Assembly: GCA_965238055.1 (NCBI GenBank)
Contig: OZ250178.1
Location: 2,009,184 to 2,073,183 of the forward strand
Direction of reading: 5' to 3'
DNA: 64,000 nt
DNA from: Candidatus Foliamicus sp.
Lineage (GTDB): Bacteria > Pseudomonadota > Gammaproteobacteria > Steroidobacterales > Foliamicaceae
Below are positions 24,477-32,942 of the stretch, in pieces. Made by a program: the position numbers and the translations under genes. Under the pieces are notes generated by a model. It was not told the DNA's origin. It did no database searches and saw nothing but the letters and a program-made list of their open reading frames with translations. The first letter of the stretch is position 1, and each line of letters starts with the position of its first letter.

Positions 24477-25226
24477 ATGACGGCACGCATCTTTCTCATC
24501 GACGACGACGCCAAGCTCGCAATGCTGTTGCGGGCCTACTTCAGCCGCTTTGACCTCGAACTCGAATCCGCCCTGGAAGGCGACACTGGCCTGCGCAAGA
24601 TGACCACCTTCGACCCTGACCTGGTTATCTTGGACATCATGCTGCCCGGGCGTGACGGTTTTGAACTGTGCAGAGAGATCCGCAAGACCAGCAGCGTGCC
24701 GATCATCATGTTGACTGCACGCGGCGATGTAACCGATCGGGTCGTGGGACTGGAGGTGGGCGCCGACGACTACGTGCCAAAGCCATTCGAACCGCGCGAG
24801 CTGGTGGCCCGTATCCAGACCATTCTGCGCCGGGTGCAACGCTCGTCTACGGCCTCAGGCGTGGCCGAGCACGGACCCTTGCGACTCGATTTTGACCGGC
24901 GCGAAGCGCAACTGAACGGTGATTTGCTCGACCTGACGGCGATGGAATTCAACCTCTTGCAACTACTCTCGGCGGAGCCGGGGCGCGTCTATACCCGCGA
25001 CGAAATACTCTCGGAGTTGCGCGGTATCGAACCGAACTTCTTTTCCCGTTCGGTCGATATCAACATCAGCCGGCTGCGCCAGAAACTGGACGATGATCCT
25101 TCAAATCCGCGTTTCATCCGAACCATTCGCGGCGCCGGCTACGTATTCCTTAAAGGCCAGCGCCCTGGGAACGAGGGCGTCCCCCCTGGGAACGAGGGCG
25201 TCCCGCCCTCGACACCCGAATGCTAG
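24477..25226 (+). CDS. OmpR-family response regulator (3' end reads through REP copies)
   Basis: Receiver domain (IFLIDDD...DLVILDIMLPGRDG) and winged-helix domain (LTAMEFNLLQLL...IRTIRGAGYVF). The last about 22 codons (GQRPGNEGVPPGNEGVPPSTPEC) are encoded by REP sequence. Confidence 0.9.
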   Translation: MTARIFLIDDDAKLAMLLRAYFSRFDLELESALEGDTGLRKMTTFDPDLVILDIMLPGRDGFELCREIRKTSSVPIIMLTARGDVTDRVVGLEVGADDYVPKPFEPRELVARIQTILRRVQRSSTASGVAEHGPLRLDFDRREAQLNGDLLDLTAMEFNLLQLLSAEPGRVYTRDEILSELRGIEPNFFSRSVDINISRLRQKLDDDPSNPRFIRTIRGAGYVFLKGQRPGNEGVPPGNEGVPPSTPEC

Positions 25227-25312
25227 CTGCATGAGTAACCGTATCACCGCTGGGAACGAGGGCGTCCCGCCCTCGCCACCAGAATGCTAGCTGCATGAGT
25301 AACCGTATCAAC
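25164..25312. repeat. Three REP copies, including a 64-bp tandem duplication that carries the kinase start codon
   Basis: tgggaacgag recurs at 25187 and 25251, and atgagtaacc at 25231 and 25295 (period 64). A further half-REP lies at 25164-25183. Confidence 0.85.
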
Positions 25313-26338
25313 GAGGCAGCAAAATGGCTGGCGCGCAAGCTAGTGGAAGCTTGGCGAACGCTTCCCGTGCGCTTGGTACTGATCTTCGTGGCAGGTCTGA
25401 TTGTCATTTCCGCAGTCGTTACATTCGGCCTTGCTAAGTTTCCTCCCGATCACCACCCGATAGTGTTCCGCGTCCTTGCCTACGGCATATTTGCAGTGGT
25501 GGTCGGTGGTTGCTACCTGGCTGTGCGGCGGCTGTTTTATCCCTTGGAAGACATTCGCGAGGGCGCCCGCCGGATCCGCGAAGGACAGCTTGACTACCGC
25601 ATTCCCATTCGCCGGCAGGATGAACTGGGGAGGCTGTCGCAGCGCATCAATCGCATGGCGGAGGAGGTCCAGCGCATGCTGGACGGCCAGCGCCAACTGC
25701 TGCTGTCCTTGAGCCACGAATTGCGCACTCCGCTCACTCGCGCCCGGCTGGCGCTCGAGTTCATACACGATAAGGAGGTGCGTTCGCACCTGGAATACGA
25801 CCTTTCCAACATGGAGCGGATGATCACGGAATTGCTGGAAGGCGAACGCCTCAGTACGCGAACCCGGGAGATGTCGCGTTCCCGGGTCAACCTGAGCAAG
25901 CTGATGGCCGAGGTCATGCGCGGTGACTTTCCCAACGATCGCCACCGCGTGTCCCTAAGCATGCCGCCGGCTGTCGCGCACCTGAGCGTGAATGCCTCCC
26001 GTCTGCGAATGTTGGTGCGCAACCTGATGGAGAACGCGTTGCGCTACAACCCGAGGGGCGGGCCGCCGGTAGAGGTCAGCCTGGAAATGCAAGACAACGA
26101 GGCTGTGATCCAGGTACAGGATCACGGCCCCGGGATACGGCCAGAGCACCTTGAGCAGGTAACCTCGGCCTTTTACCGGGCAGACCCCTCGCGGGGAGCC
26201 GGGACCGGCATGCATGGCCTGGGCTTGTACCTGTGCCGACTCATTGCCGAGGCGCATGGCGGCAGCGTGGAAGTGGCCAGTCCCCCGGGAAGCGGCGCCT
26301 GCATCACCGCCCGAATTCCCGGAGCGCCGCCAAACTGA
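25295..26338 (+). CDS. Sensor histidine kinase (HAMP-HisKA-HATPase)
   Basis: Two TM segments. H-box LSHELRTPLT. N, G1 and G2 boxes present (NLMENALRYN, DHGPGI, GLGLYLC). Confidence 0.9.
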   Translation: MSNRINEAAKWLARKLVEAWRTLPVRLVLIFVAGLIVISAVVTFGLAKFPPDHHPIVFRVLAYGIFAVVVGGCYLAVRRLFYPLEDIREGARRIREGQLDYRIPIRRQDELGRLSQRINRMAEEVQRMLDGQRQLLLSLSHELRTPLTRARLALEFIHDKEVRSHLEYDLSNMERMITELLEGERLSTRTREMSRSRVNLSKLMAEVMRGDFPNDRHRVSLSMPPAVAHLSVNASRLRMLVRNLMENALRYNPRGGPPVEVSLEMQDNEAVIQVQDHGPGIRPEHLEQVTSAFYRADPSRGAGTGMHGLGLYLCRLIAEAHGGSVEVASPPGSGACITARIPGAPPN

Positions 26339-26350
26339 TCCCCGCGGGAG

Positions 26351-26419
26351 TGAGGGCATTGCCCTCACAGCGTCCCCGCTCTCAACCGCCTGGGAGAGAG
26401 GGCGTCCCCGCCCTCAACC
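26351..26419. repeat. Hairpin plus REP-like copy
   Basis: gtgagggcattgccctcac (26351-26369) and cctgggagagagggcgtccccgccctcaacc (26389-26419). Confidence 0.7.
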
Positions 26420-26524
26420 GGCCAAGGCGGGTTGCATGGCTACCCGCTCCGGTTTCGTGTACACGGTCACTCGTGCATAATTAGCACGACTATCGGCGGG
26501 GACAGCCGATTGGGAGGACATCAA

Positions 26525-29035
26525 ATGAAATTCAGACTTGCCGTTTTACCGATTCTGGCGGCGGGCGTGATTGTTGCACCGCGCCCTGTTGTTGCTCAGG
26601 AGGTCGCGCTCGAAGAGATCATCGTGACCGCCCGTAAGCGCGAGGAGTCCGTCCAGGACATCCCGATCGCGGTCAGCGCTTTCACGGCCGATGACATTCG
26701 CGAGTTGGGGCTTACGTCCATCGATGACATCGCTCTCTATACGCCGGGCTTTTCTTTCCATTCCGCCTTCGGGCGTCAACCTTCACTGGATCGGCCGTCG
26801 GTACGCGGCCAGACCACCATCCTCAACGGCATTGCTGGCGTAAAGGCGGTCTCCACCTTTGTTGACGGCATCTACATTGGGGGCCTGGTGTCGTCTGTTG
26901 ACCTGGCGAACGTCGAGCGCGTGGAAATCATCAAGGGCCCGCAATCGGCCCAATATGGCCGCGGCACGTACGCCGGCGCTATCAACTACGTAACCCGCCG
27001 TCCTTCCGAAGAGTTGGAAGGCGAGGTTTCCGTGGGTGGCGCCGAACATGAAACCTATAACGTTAGTGGTTGGCTTAGCGGTCCGCTATCCGAAGGCCGC
27101 GCGTATTTCCGTATCTCCGCCGGCTACGACCAATACGGCGGTGAACACGTCAACACACTTACGGGTGAAGAAGTGGGAGGTCAGAAGACTACCAACGTTG
27201 CGGCAAAGCTCTTTCTTACGCCCAACGAACAGTTCGAAGCCACCCTGTCCGTGGCCTACCAGAAAGTCGATGACGACCATTTCGTCATGGCGCTGCAAGG
27301 CCGCGAGTTCAACAATTGCTGCTTCCGGGGGCCGCCTTCGGACAGCCCGGACATTTCCGGCGTAACGGGACCGCGAGCACGCGAGTACTACAGAGGCGAG
27401 GCCAAGCGCAACTTGCCGGTGGCTCTATTGACCGAGGAGCTCGATAGCGTCGGCGGCGCGGGAAATCGCCTGGATCGCATATCCGCGTCGCTCTCGATGC
27501 ACTATGAATTGGCTAACAATTGGCGTATTTCGAGCCTCACCGGGAATATAGACGACGAGGACGAGAGCTTTTTTGACGCCACCTATGGCGGCTACGACTA
27601 CGGCACGGTCATCGTGAATGGTTATCCTCCTCCCTGGCGAGCACTTGAGGAAGTAGTACTTTTTCCCGGCGCAACGCCCTTTCCCGGGGGACGTGGTCTT
27701 TGCGTTACGGCAAGACTTTGCGGGCTATTCACTCGGATGGGTGGCTACGATCAGACCGACTTTTCGCAGGAATTGCGCCTTTCATCACCATCGGACCGGT
27801 CTTTCCGCGCTACTGTGGGTTTGTATTACTACCGGGGTGAGAAATACGAAACGCGCGATGACAAGGTCCTGCCTGATGTTGTTGAGACATTGAACGTTTA
27901 TGGTTTCGGATTGGTGGCCCGAACAGTCTCTCCCAACTCGACCCTGTCGAGTGAGGATGTAGAAAACACCGCAGTGTTTGGTGCGCTGGAGTGGGACTTC
28001 AACGACAAATGGGCAGCAACGCTGGAAGCGCGCTGGGCCACGGATGACGTCAGCCTGAAAGTCCATCCGCCGGGTGATCGAAGTTCCGTGACCGGCGAGT
28101 ACGAGGAGGAGTTTTCGTCGGCCAATCCTCGCGTTACGCTCAGCTATCGGCCTAACCAAGACACCAATATTTATCTGAATGTGTCCAAGGGCTCCAAGCC
28201 GGGCGGTTTCAATGCCGCAGTGCCGCTAAGCGCGGCCGGCGGCCCTGACGAGTCCTTCCGCGCCTATCAGGAAGAAGAAGCGTGGAACTACGAAGTGGGC
28301 TACAAGGCCCGCCTGTTGCAGGGGCGCATGGCGTTGAACGTGGCGGCTTACCGAACCGAAGCCGAGGAACAGCAATTCACCCTGGTAGTTGAGCACCGCC
28401 CGGATCAGAGTACCTCGATTGTGGACAATCTGGGTGAGACGGGCATCAGCGGAGTCGAGGTGGAAGTGGAGGCGCTGGTGGCTGACAACCTGACCCTTAA
28501 CCTTGGGTACGCCTGGACCAAGGCGGAGATCAAGGATTATTTCAATACGGACCAAGCCGATCTGCGCGGCGCGGATGGCTCCTTGCACGACGACCATAGG
28601 CTGGGTTCCGCTGCCGGGAACAGGATTCCTCGCATTCCGGAACATCAGGCATCGCTGGTGGCGCGCTATGAAGGCAACGCCATGGCGTCCGGTTTCTCCT
28701 GGTTCTTTGTGGGTGACGTAGTCTATGAAGGCTCGCGCTTTGGGCAGATTCACAACCTGATCGAAACGGGCGCGCTCACGAGAGTGGGCGTCCGTCTGGG
28801 TGTTCGCCGCGACAACCTGGAAATCGTCCTGTGGGGCAAGAACCTGTTCGATGATGACGCTCCCTTGGACATCCTGCGCTACATCGACCGGCGCACCGGA
28901 TCGCTGCCAAGGTGTTCTGCGCGAACCGGCTGCATTTCCGGCCAAGTGCCCAATGCCAGCGGCACCCCGCGTGGTTTCGCCATTACGCTACCCCGTGGCC
29001 GTCAAGTCGGCGTAAGCCTCAACTATAGCTTCTGA
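26525..29035 (+). CDS. TonB-dependent receptor
   Basis: I place the start at ATG 26525 (SD GGGAGGA). Signal peptide. Plug motif EEIIVTARKREESVQDIPIAVSAF. The large barrel ends in SLNYSF. Confidence 0.9.
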   Translation: MKFRLAVLPILAAGVIVAPRPVVAQEVALEEIIVTARKREESVQDIPIAVSAFTADDIRELGLTSIDDIALYTPGFSFHSAFGRQPSLDRPSVRGQTTILNGIAGVKAVSTFVDGIYIGGLVSSVDLANVERVEIIKGPQSAQYGRGTYAGAINYVTRRPSEELEGEVSVGGAEHETYNVSGWLSGPLSEGRAYFRISAGYDQYGGEHVNTLTGEEVGGQKTTNVAAKLFLTPNEQFEATLSVAYQKVDDDHFVMALQGREFNNCCFRGPPSDSPDISGVTGPRAREYYRGEAKRNLPVALLTEELDSVGGAGNRLDRISASLSMHYELANNWRISSLTGNIDDEDESFFDATYGGYDYGTVIVNGYPPPWRALEEVVLFPGATPFPGGRGLCVTARLCGLFTRMGGYDQTDFSQELRLSSPSDRSFRATVGLYYYRGEKYETRDDKVLPDVVETLNVYGFGLVARTVSPNSTLSSEDVENTAVFGALEWDFNDKWAATLEARWATDDVSLKVHPPGDRSSVTGEYEEEFSSANPRVTLSYRPNQDTNIYLNVSKGSKPGGFNAAVPLSAAGGPDESFRAYQEEEAWNYEVGYKARLLQGRMALNVAAYRTEAEEQQFTLVVEHRPDQSTSIVDNLGETGISGVEVEVEALVADNLTLNLGYAWTKAEIKDYFNTDQADLRGADGSLHDDHRLGSAAGNRIPRIPEHQASLVARYEGNAMASGFSWFFVGDVVYEGSRFGQIHNLIETGALTRVGVRLGVRRDNLEIVLWGKNLFDDDAPLDILRYIDRRTGSLPRCSARTGCISGQVPNASGTPRGFAITLPRGRQVGVSLNYSF

Positions 29036-29045
29036 CCACACACCC

Positions 29046-29080
29046 GAGGGAGGGCGTTCTCGCGCCCTCCCTCTTATTTT
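29046..29080 (+). terminator. Rho-independent terminator of the TonB-dependent receptor gene
   Basis: GAGGGAGGGCG-ttctcg-CGCCCTCCCTC followed by TTATTTT. Confidence 0.8.
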
Positions 29081-29837
29081 GGGCCCACGCCCCCTTTTCC
29101 TTGCGCGCCGAACTCGCTGGCGCAATATCACGGTTTGGCGGCCACGGCTTTCCATCGGTCGTTCTCCATGCTTTTCTTGTGGGTAGGATTCCCACGTTTC
29201 CAGGCAAGACACACACTCGCCCGGCGAACCCCCCACGGCTTAGAAAATATGACACACTTACTACCCCTTTTCCTTATTTTCTGCATCACCTTACCGTCCC
29301 CTTTCACTGGGAGCACGACAACTAACTGATTTACTGAGTATTCTGAAAATACAACATGATTCACTTTGTTCCCATTGCGCCGTATTTGTGAATCATTTTC
29401 CAATGCCTTCTCGTTATACCAAGGCGCAGCCCGTCGAGCCGGTTAGAGGTGATGGTCTCGGTCACTCAATCAGGTTGCCGAGTAAACGACTCCTATTGCG
29501 ACGCTTCTTGGATAACTTCAATAATATCTTTCACAAGTGGTCTTAGCACATCCTTGTCAGTCCAGTAGCGTTTGTGGCTTAGGGGATTCCAGTGAGACAA
29601 ATAACCCCCCGACGTTAACTTCTTTGTCCACGAACACTGCCTCACGATTCGCATTGTCAAGGGCACGCAAGAATGTCCGATTTACGGCACGGTAAGGTGT
29701 CCGGTATGGGTGGCTAACCCGCGCTCGGGATTTGCGTCAATAGCGAGCTGACCATCATGTCCGCTGAGCATTGAAACGCGAACCCTGCCCAGCGGATGAG
29801 AAGGAGTCAGGTCAGTTCCCGCCACCTCCGAACTGCA

Positions 29838-31898
29838 TCAACGCGAGACGGTGACCTTTGCTGTCCCCTCGTTTTTGCCCCGGCGCCATCCATAGGGCAA
29901 TGCCCAACGATCTCCCGGGACACCGAAGACCGCGTCGTTGACGTAAAGGAACAACTCGCCGTCCGATTTCGCCTTGTAGTACTTCGGGATAGACCCGATT
30001 GCGAACGTCTCGCTTCCACAGTCTCCGACGCGGCCCATCAGCTTCAGCCAGGGCTCGAAGATATGGCGGCGACTAAGGACGAACGGAACTAATCTCAGGG
30101 ACGAGAAGCCGTCTGCGTCGGCTGTTGCGGAACCGTCTTTCCACGCTGCGGGTTCCACGCGGAAATGATAGACAACTCCCTTCTTCAGTTGGATACCGGT
30201 GGCGTAGCATGGGTTGGAAATGTCGAATTTGATCTCCCGCTCGTCGCGGAGTTCGCTCGCCACCGTTGGTCCGCACAACTGGCAAAATGTGTCCACAAAG
30301 AAAAACGCCGTGCGATTGATAGCGCTGGCCGCCACGATCAAAATCGCGGCAAACACGACGATCGGTAGGAGCCAACGGAGCCCCGTCCATGGTGGTCTTG
30401 AGAGGATGCGACGCAATCGGGTGGTTGCGCTCGGCGATCTCCGGCTAACGCGCTTGCCCTTGAGTTTCGCCCAGGCGTTCGAGGCGCGCGTATGAGTGGC
30501 CCGTAATGCAATACCCTTCAGCTTGCCGAGAACGCCAAAAACCACAGGTATCGCGATCCAACATGGAGTTCGCCAGGCCTGCCCGGTCCACAGGAAATAT
30601 GCCGTTATCGAAGTTGCGAGCAGAAAGGCGGCGTACAGCCAACGGCGCCAAAACTCCAGATCGCGCGCTCTTTCCATCGCCTCAGCCCTACGTTTCGCTT
30701 GAACGCCTGGCTCGTAATGTCCTTTCGTCTTGTTCCGGCCGGGCGGCGTAGCAATCACCTCGTATTCGGCCGGTAGCGCTGTCGGCGCGTAAGGCACGCT
30801 GTTCTGTTTGATGCGCTCCAGCACGCCCCGGTGTATTTTCGGTTTCCCCTGAATTTTGCACCTGGATAGCTTCGCGATGTCGCGCGGCTGGTACCGGTAA
30901 TAGGCGCTCAAGCCCGAACGCGAGTCGTGCTGCACCCCGTGCCAATCACACCCGCGCCTGTAGTCCTTTCGAAGATTCGGCATGAACAGCAGCCCGTTTT
31001 GATTCTGCTGGTGGTGTTCGATTCTGGATATCATCCAGTCGAGCGTAACAAGGGCAAGATTGATCCTGGGATAGCCACCGCCCACGTCGGAGTGAACTCC
31101 CGCAAACCAGACCTGCTCGATGCGCGCCGTGCCCTCCTTGTCGTCCGCCTTATGGTGACATTTCTTCCGGTTCGCGCTCTTTTCGTCCCAAAGCACCGGG
31201 TGAAATGTCCGGCGCTCATCGTCGACGGACAGGGCGTGACAGGCCCGGTGCACATTGCCGGGCAGTTCATTGCTCACAAAGCGCAACGGCAGTATGAATC
31301 GATCCCAAAGTCGGGCCAGCTCGTCTATGGGGAAGCCATACGCCTCGACGGTATCCCAGACACCGATGAATTCCACACAAGGCTTAACGTGATTCTTGTC
31401 GTTACATGGGCGATGATTTCCGTTCATAAAACGACGGAAAGGCTGGGTCAGGTATCCCTTTCTATATTGCAAACGATAGGCTGAGAAGTACCGTTGAGCT
31501 GTACGCTGGAGATCTTCTTCGTCCTGGTAGTTTTTGTAGAGACCACAGTATTCGATCATGCCGGCCAGCATGCGCACAGTGAACGCGCCCCGGCTGAAGC
31601 CGAACAGGAAGATCTTGTCCGGCCCGTCCTCTTCGTTCTCCTCGTACGTTCGGCAGAGAAACTTGTAGAGCTCGATTACGTTTCTCTTCAGGCCCCAGCC
31701 AAAAATGCCGCCCAGCAGCTTGAGCGGCAGGAACTCCTTCGCGCCGACGCCGTCATCGTAGAAGGCGATTTGACTGCGCGTATGTCCTGGCGGATTGCCA
31801 TGCAAGTCCAACGCCTGATAAAGGCGCCAGACGTTGGTTTTGTGTCGTTTCGCGGCGCCATTTCCGGTACCGTCCGACAGGATGATTATGTTTTTCAT
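29838..31898 (-). CDS. DUF2235 (Tle1-like alpha/beta hydrolase) protein with central TM segments and a C-terminal beta-rich domain
   Basis: Start taken at MKNIIILSDGTGN (ATG 31896-31898, AAGGGGA upstream). Nucleophile elbow FLFGFSRGAF. Hydrophobic segments WLYAAFLLATSITAYFLW, CWIAIPVVFGVLG and WLLPIVVFAAILIVAASAI. The C-terminal roughly 170 aa end ...ELFLYVNDAVFGVPGD.... Confidence 0.75.
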   Translation of the reverse strand: MKNIIILSDGTGNGAAKRHKTNVWRLYQALDLHGNPPGHTRSQIAFYDDGVGAKEFLPLKLLGGIFGWGLKRNVIELYKFLCRTYEENEEDGPDKIFLFGFSRGAFTVRMLAGMIEYCGLYKNYQDEEDLQRTAQRYFSAYRLQYRKGYLTQPFRRFMNGNHRPCNDKNHVKPCVEFIGVWDTVEAYGFPIDELARLWDRFILPLRFVSNELPGNVHRACHALSVDDERRTFHPVLWDEKSANRKKCHHKADDKEGTARIEQVWFAGVHSDVGGGYPRINLALVTLDWMISRIEHHQQNQNGLLFMPNLRKDYRRGCDWHGVQHDSRSGLSAYYRYQPRDIAKLSRCKIQGKPKIHRGVLERIKQNSVPYAPTALPAEYEVIATPPGRNKTKGHYEPGVQAKRRAEAMERARDLEFWRRWLYAAFLLATSITAYFLWTGQAWRTPCWIAIPVVFGVLGKLKGIALRATHTRASNAWAKLKGKRVSRRSPSATTRLRRILSRPPWTGLRWLLPIVVFAAILIVAASAINRTAFFFVDTFCQLCGPTVASELRDEREIKFDISNPCYATGIQLKKGVVYHFRVEPAAWKDGSATADADGFSSLRLVPFVLSRRHIFEPWLKLMGRVGDCGSETFAIGSIPKYYKAKSDGELFLYVNDAVFGVPGDRWALPYGWRRGKNEGTAKVTVSR

Positions 31899-32304
31899 GA
31901 CTTTGCGTCCCCTTATCCGGCCCTGTTCACGCATGGCGTAGCGATTGACTCCTTGACCTACTTTAGCCTTATCCATTTGTCCGGGTCGCCTCGCGGGCGG
32001 GGTGACGGCAGGCAATGCTGACATGATCGTGGTGAGTAGGAGGTCCCTATGTGATATGCCAAATCCCTTCGTGTTGTTCCAAGCAGGTTCCGGCGTCGGA
32101 CGCGGTTGGTCATAGTTGGAATGCTAGCGTTTGTGGGGGCTTGCGCCGTTGTAAGTCGGTTGGTGCGGCACGTTGGTCGTGCTCGATTCTTGAATCATTG
32201 CTAAGGCGGGCGTCCGTAATGAGCCTTCGGACTTCGGAGCCCGAGGCCCGTGAATCAGGACACAGGATTGTTTAAACTGCCCCAATGGGGCATATACTGC
32301 GTCG

Positions 32305-32430
32305 ATGCAGACAGTAGCCGAGACCCCGGCATTCTCCCGTCAAGCCGACAAACTGTTTGGCGAAGAGGAAAAGCGGGCGGTTTCGGTACTCGCGGCCGCG
32401 CTTCGGACCACCCGGAAGGAGGCGAAATGA
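32305..32430 (+). pseudogene. Truncated RelE/HigB-2-like toxin remnant (41 codons)
   Basis: MQTVAETPAFSRQADKLFGEEEKRAVSVLAAALRTTRKEAK*. The ETP.F.rqa.kL..eE N-terminal pattern of this toxin family is present but the nuclease core is missing. The stop overlaps the antitoxin start (ATGA at 32427-32430). Confidence 0.45.
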
Positions 32431-32711
32431 GCACTTTTGGCAATGATCTGATCGGGTCACTTAATGAAGCCCTCGCGCATGCCAAGGGGGAAGGCCCTGC
32501 CATCCTCCATACGCCGATGATCCCGCGCGAAGTGCGCGAGAATGCAAAACTCACGCAGGCGCAGATGGCGCCGCTTATGGGCATGAGCCTGTCCGGCTAC
32601 CGGAAATGGGAACAGGGCGCTCGGCGGGTCAGCGGTACGGCTGCTATCCTGCTGCGTGTGATCCAGCGCGAACCGGAGGCTGTCAAGCGCGCATTACTAT
32701 CTCCGCAATAG
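32427..32711 (+). CDS. XRE-family HTH antitoxin (HigA-2/NadS-like)
   Basis: MSTFGNDLIGSLNEALAHAKGEG...LTQAQMAPLMGMSLSGYRKWEQGARRVSG. SD GGAAGGAGG lies upstream. The ORF-track N-terminal extension (from 32250) is not supported. Confidence 0.7.
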   Translation: MSTFGNDLIGSLNEALAHAKGEGPAILHTPMIPREVRENAKLTQAQMAPLMGMSLSGYRKWEQGARRVSGTAAILLRVIQREPEAVKRALLSPQ

Positions 32712-32942
32712 GTCTGCCTTGCGAAGGCTGCCGTGCTTGAGAAGTTTCATGAAGACGCCGACCGTTGCACTCGACTCAATGCCGTGCGGGTTCAGTTACC
32801 TGTGAGGCTGGGTTGGGCCTTCTTCATTGAAGAAGATTGCTGAACAGCCAGCTGTTCCGGGCGCGGCAATTCTCTATGCCCAGCCGAACCCGATTGGCTC
32901 ATACAGCCGATGCCTTCGTTCACCAAGGAGATTGGTCGGGGA

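Noticed and set aside
26340-26524. Possible cobalamin or other riboswitch upstream of the TonB-dependent receptor.
   Set aside because: The leader is mostly REP sequence plus a short TCGTGC-ataatta-GCACGA hairpin. No B12-box-like sequence was seen.
29682-29771. 29-codon minus-strand ORF MLSGHDGQLAIDANPERGLATHTGHLTVP, resembling the extreme C-terminus of a histidine-kinase ATPase domain. Neighbouring broken frames lie at 29480-29680.
   Set aside because: Too short and degenerate to call. It may be island-edge gene debris, but I cannot support a feature from it.
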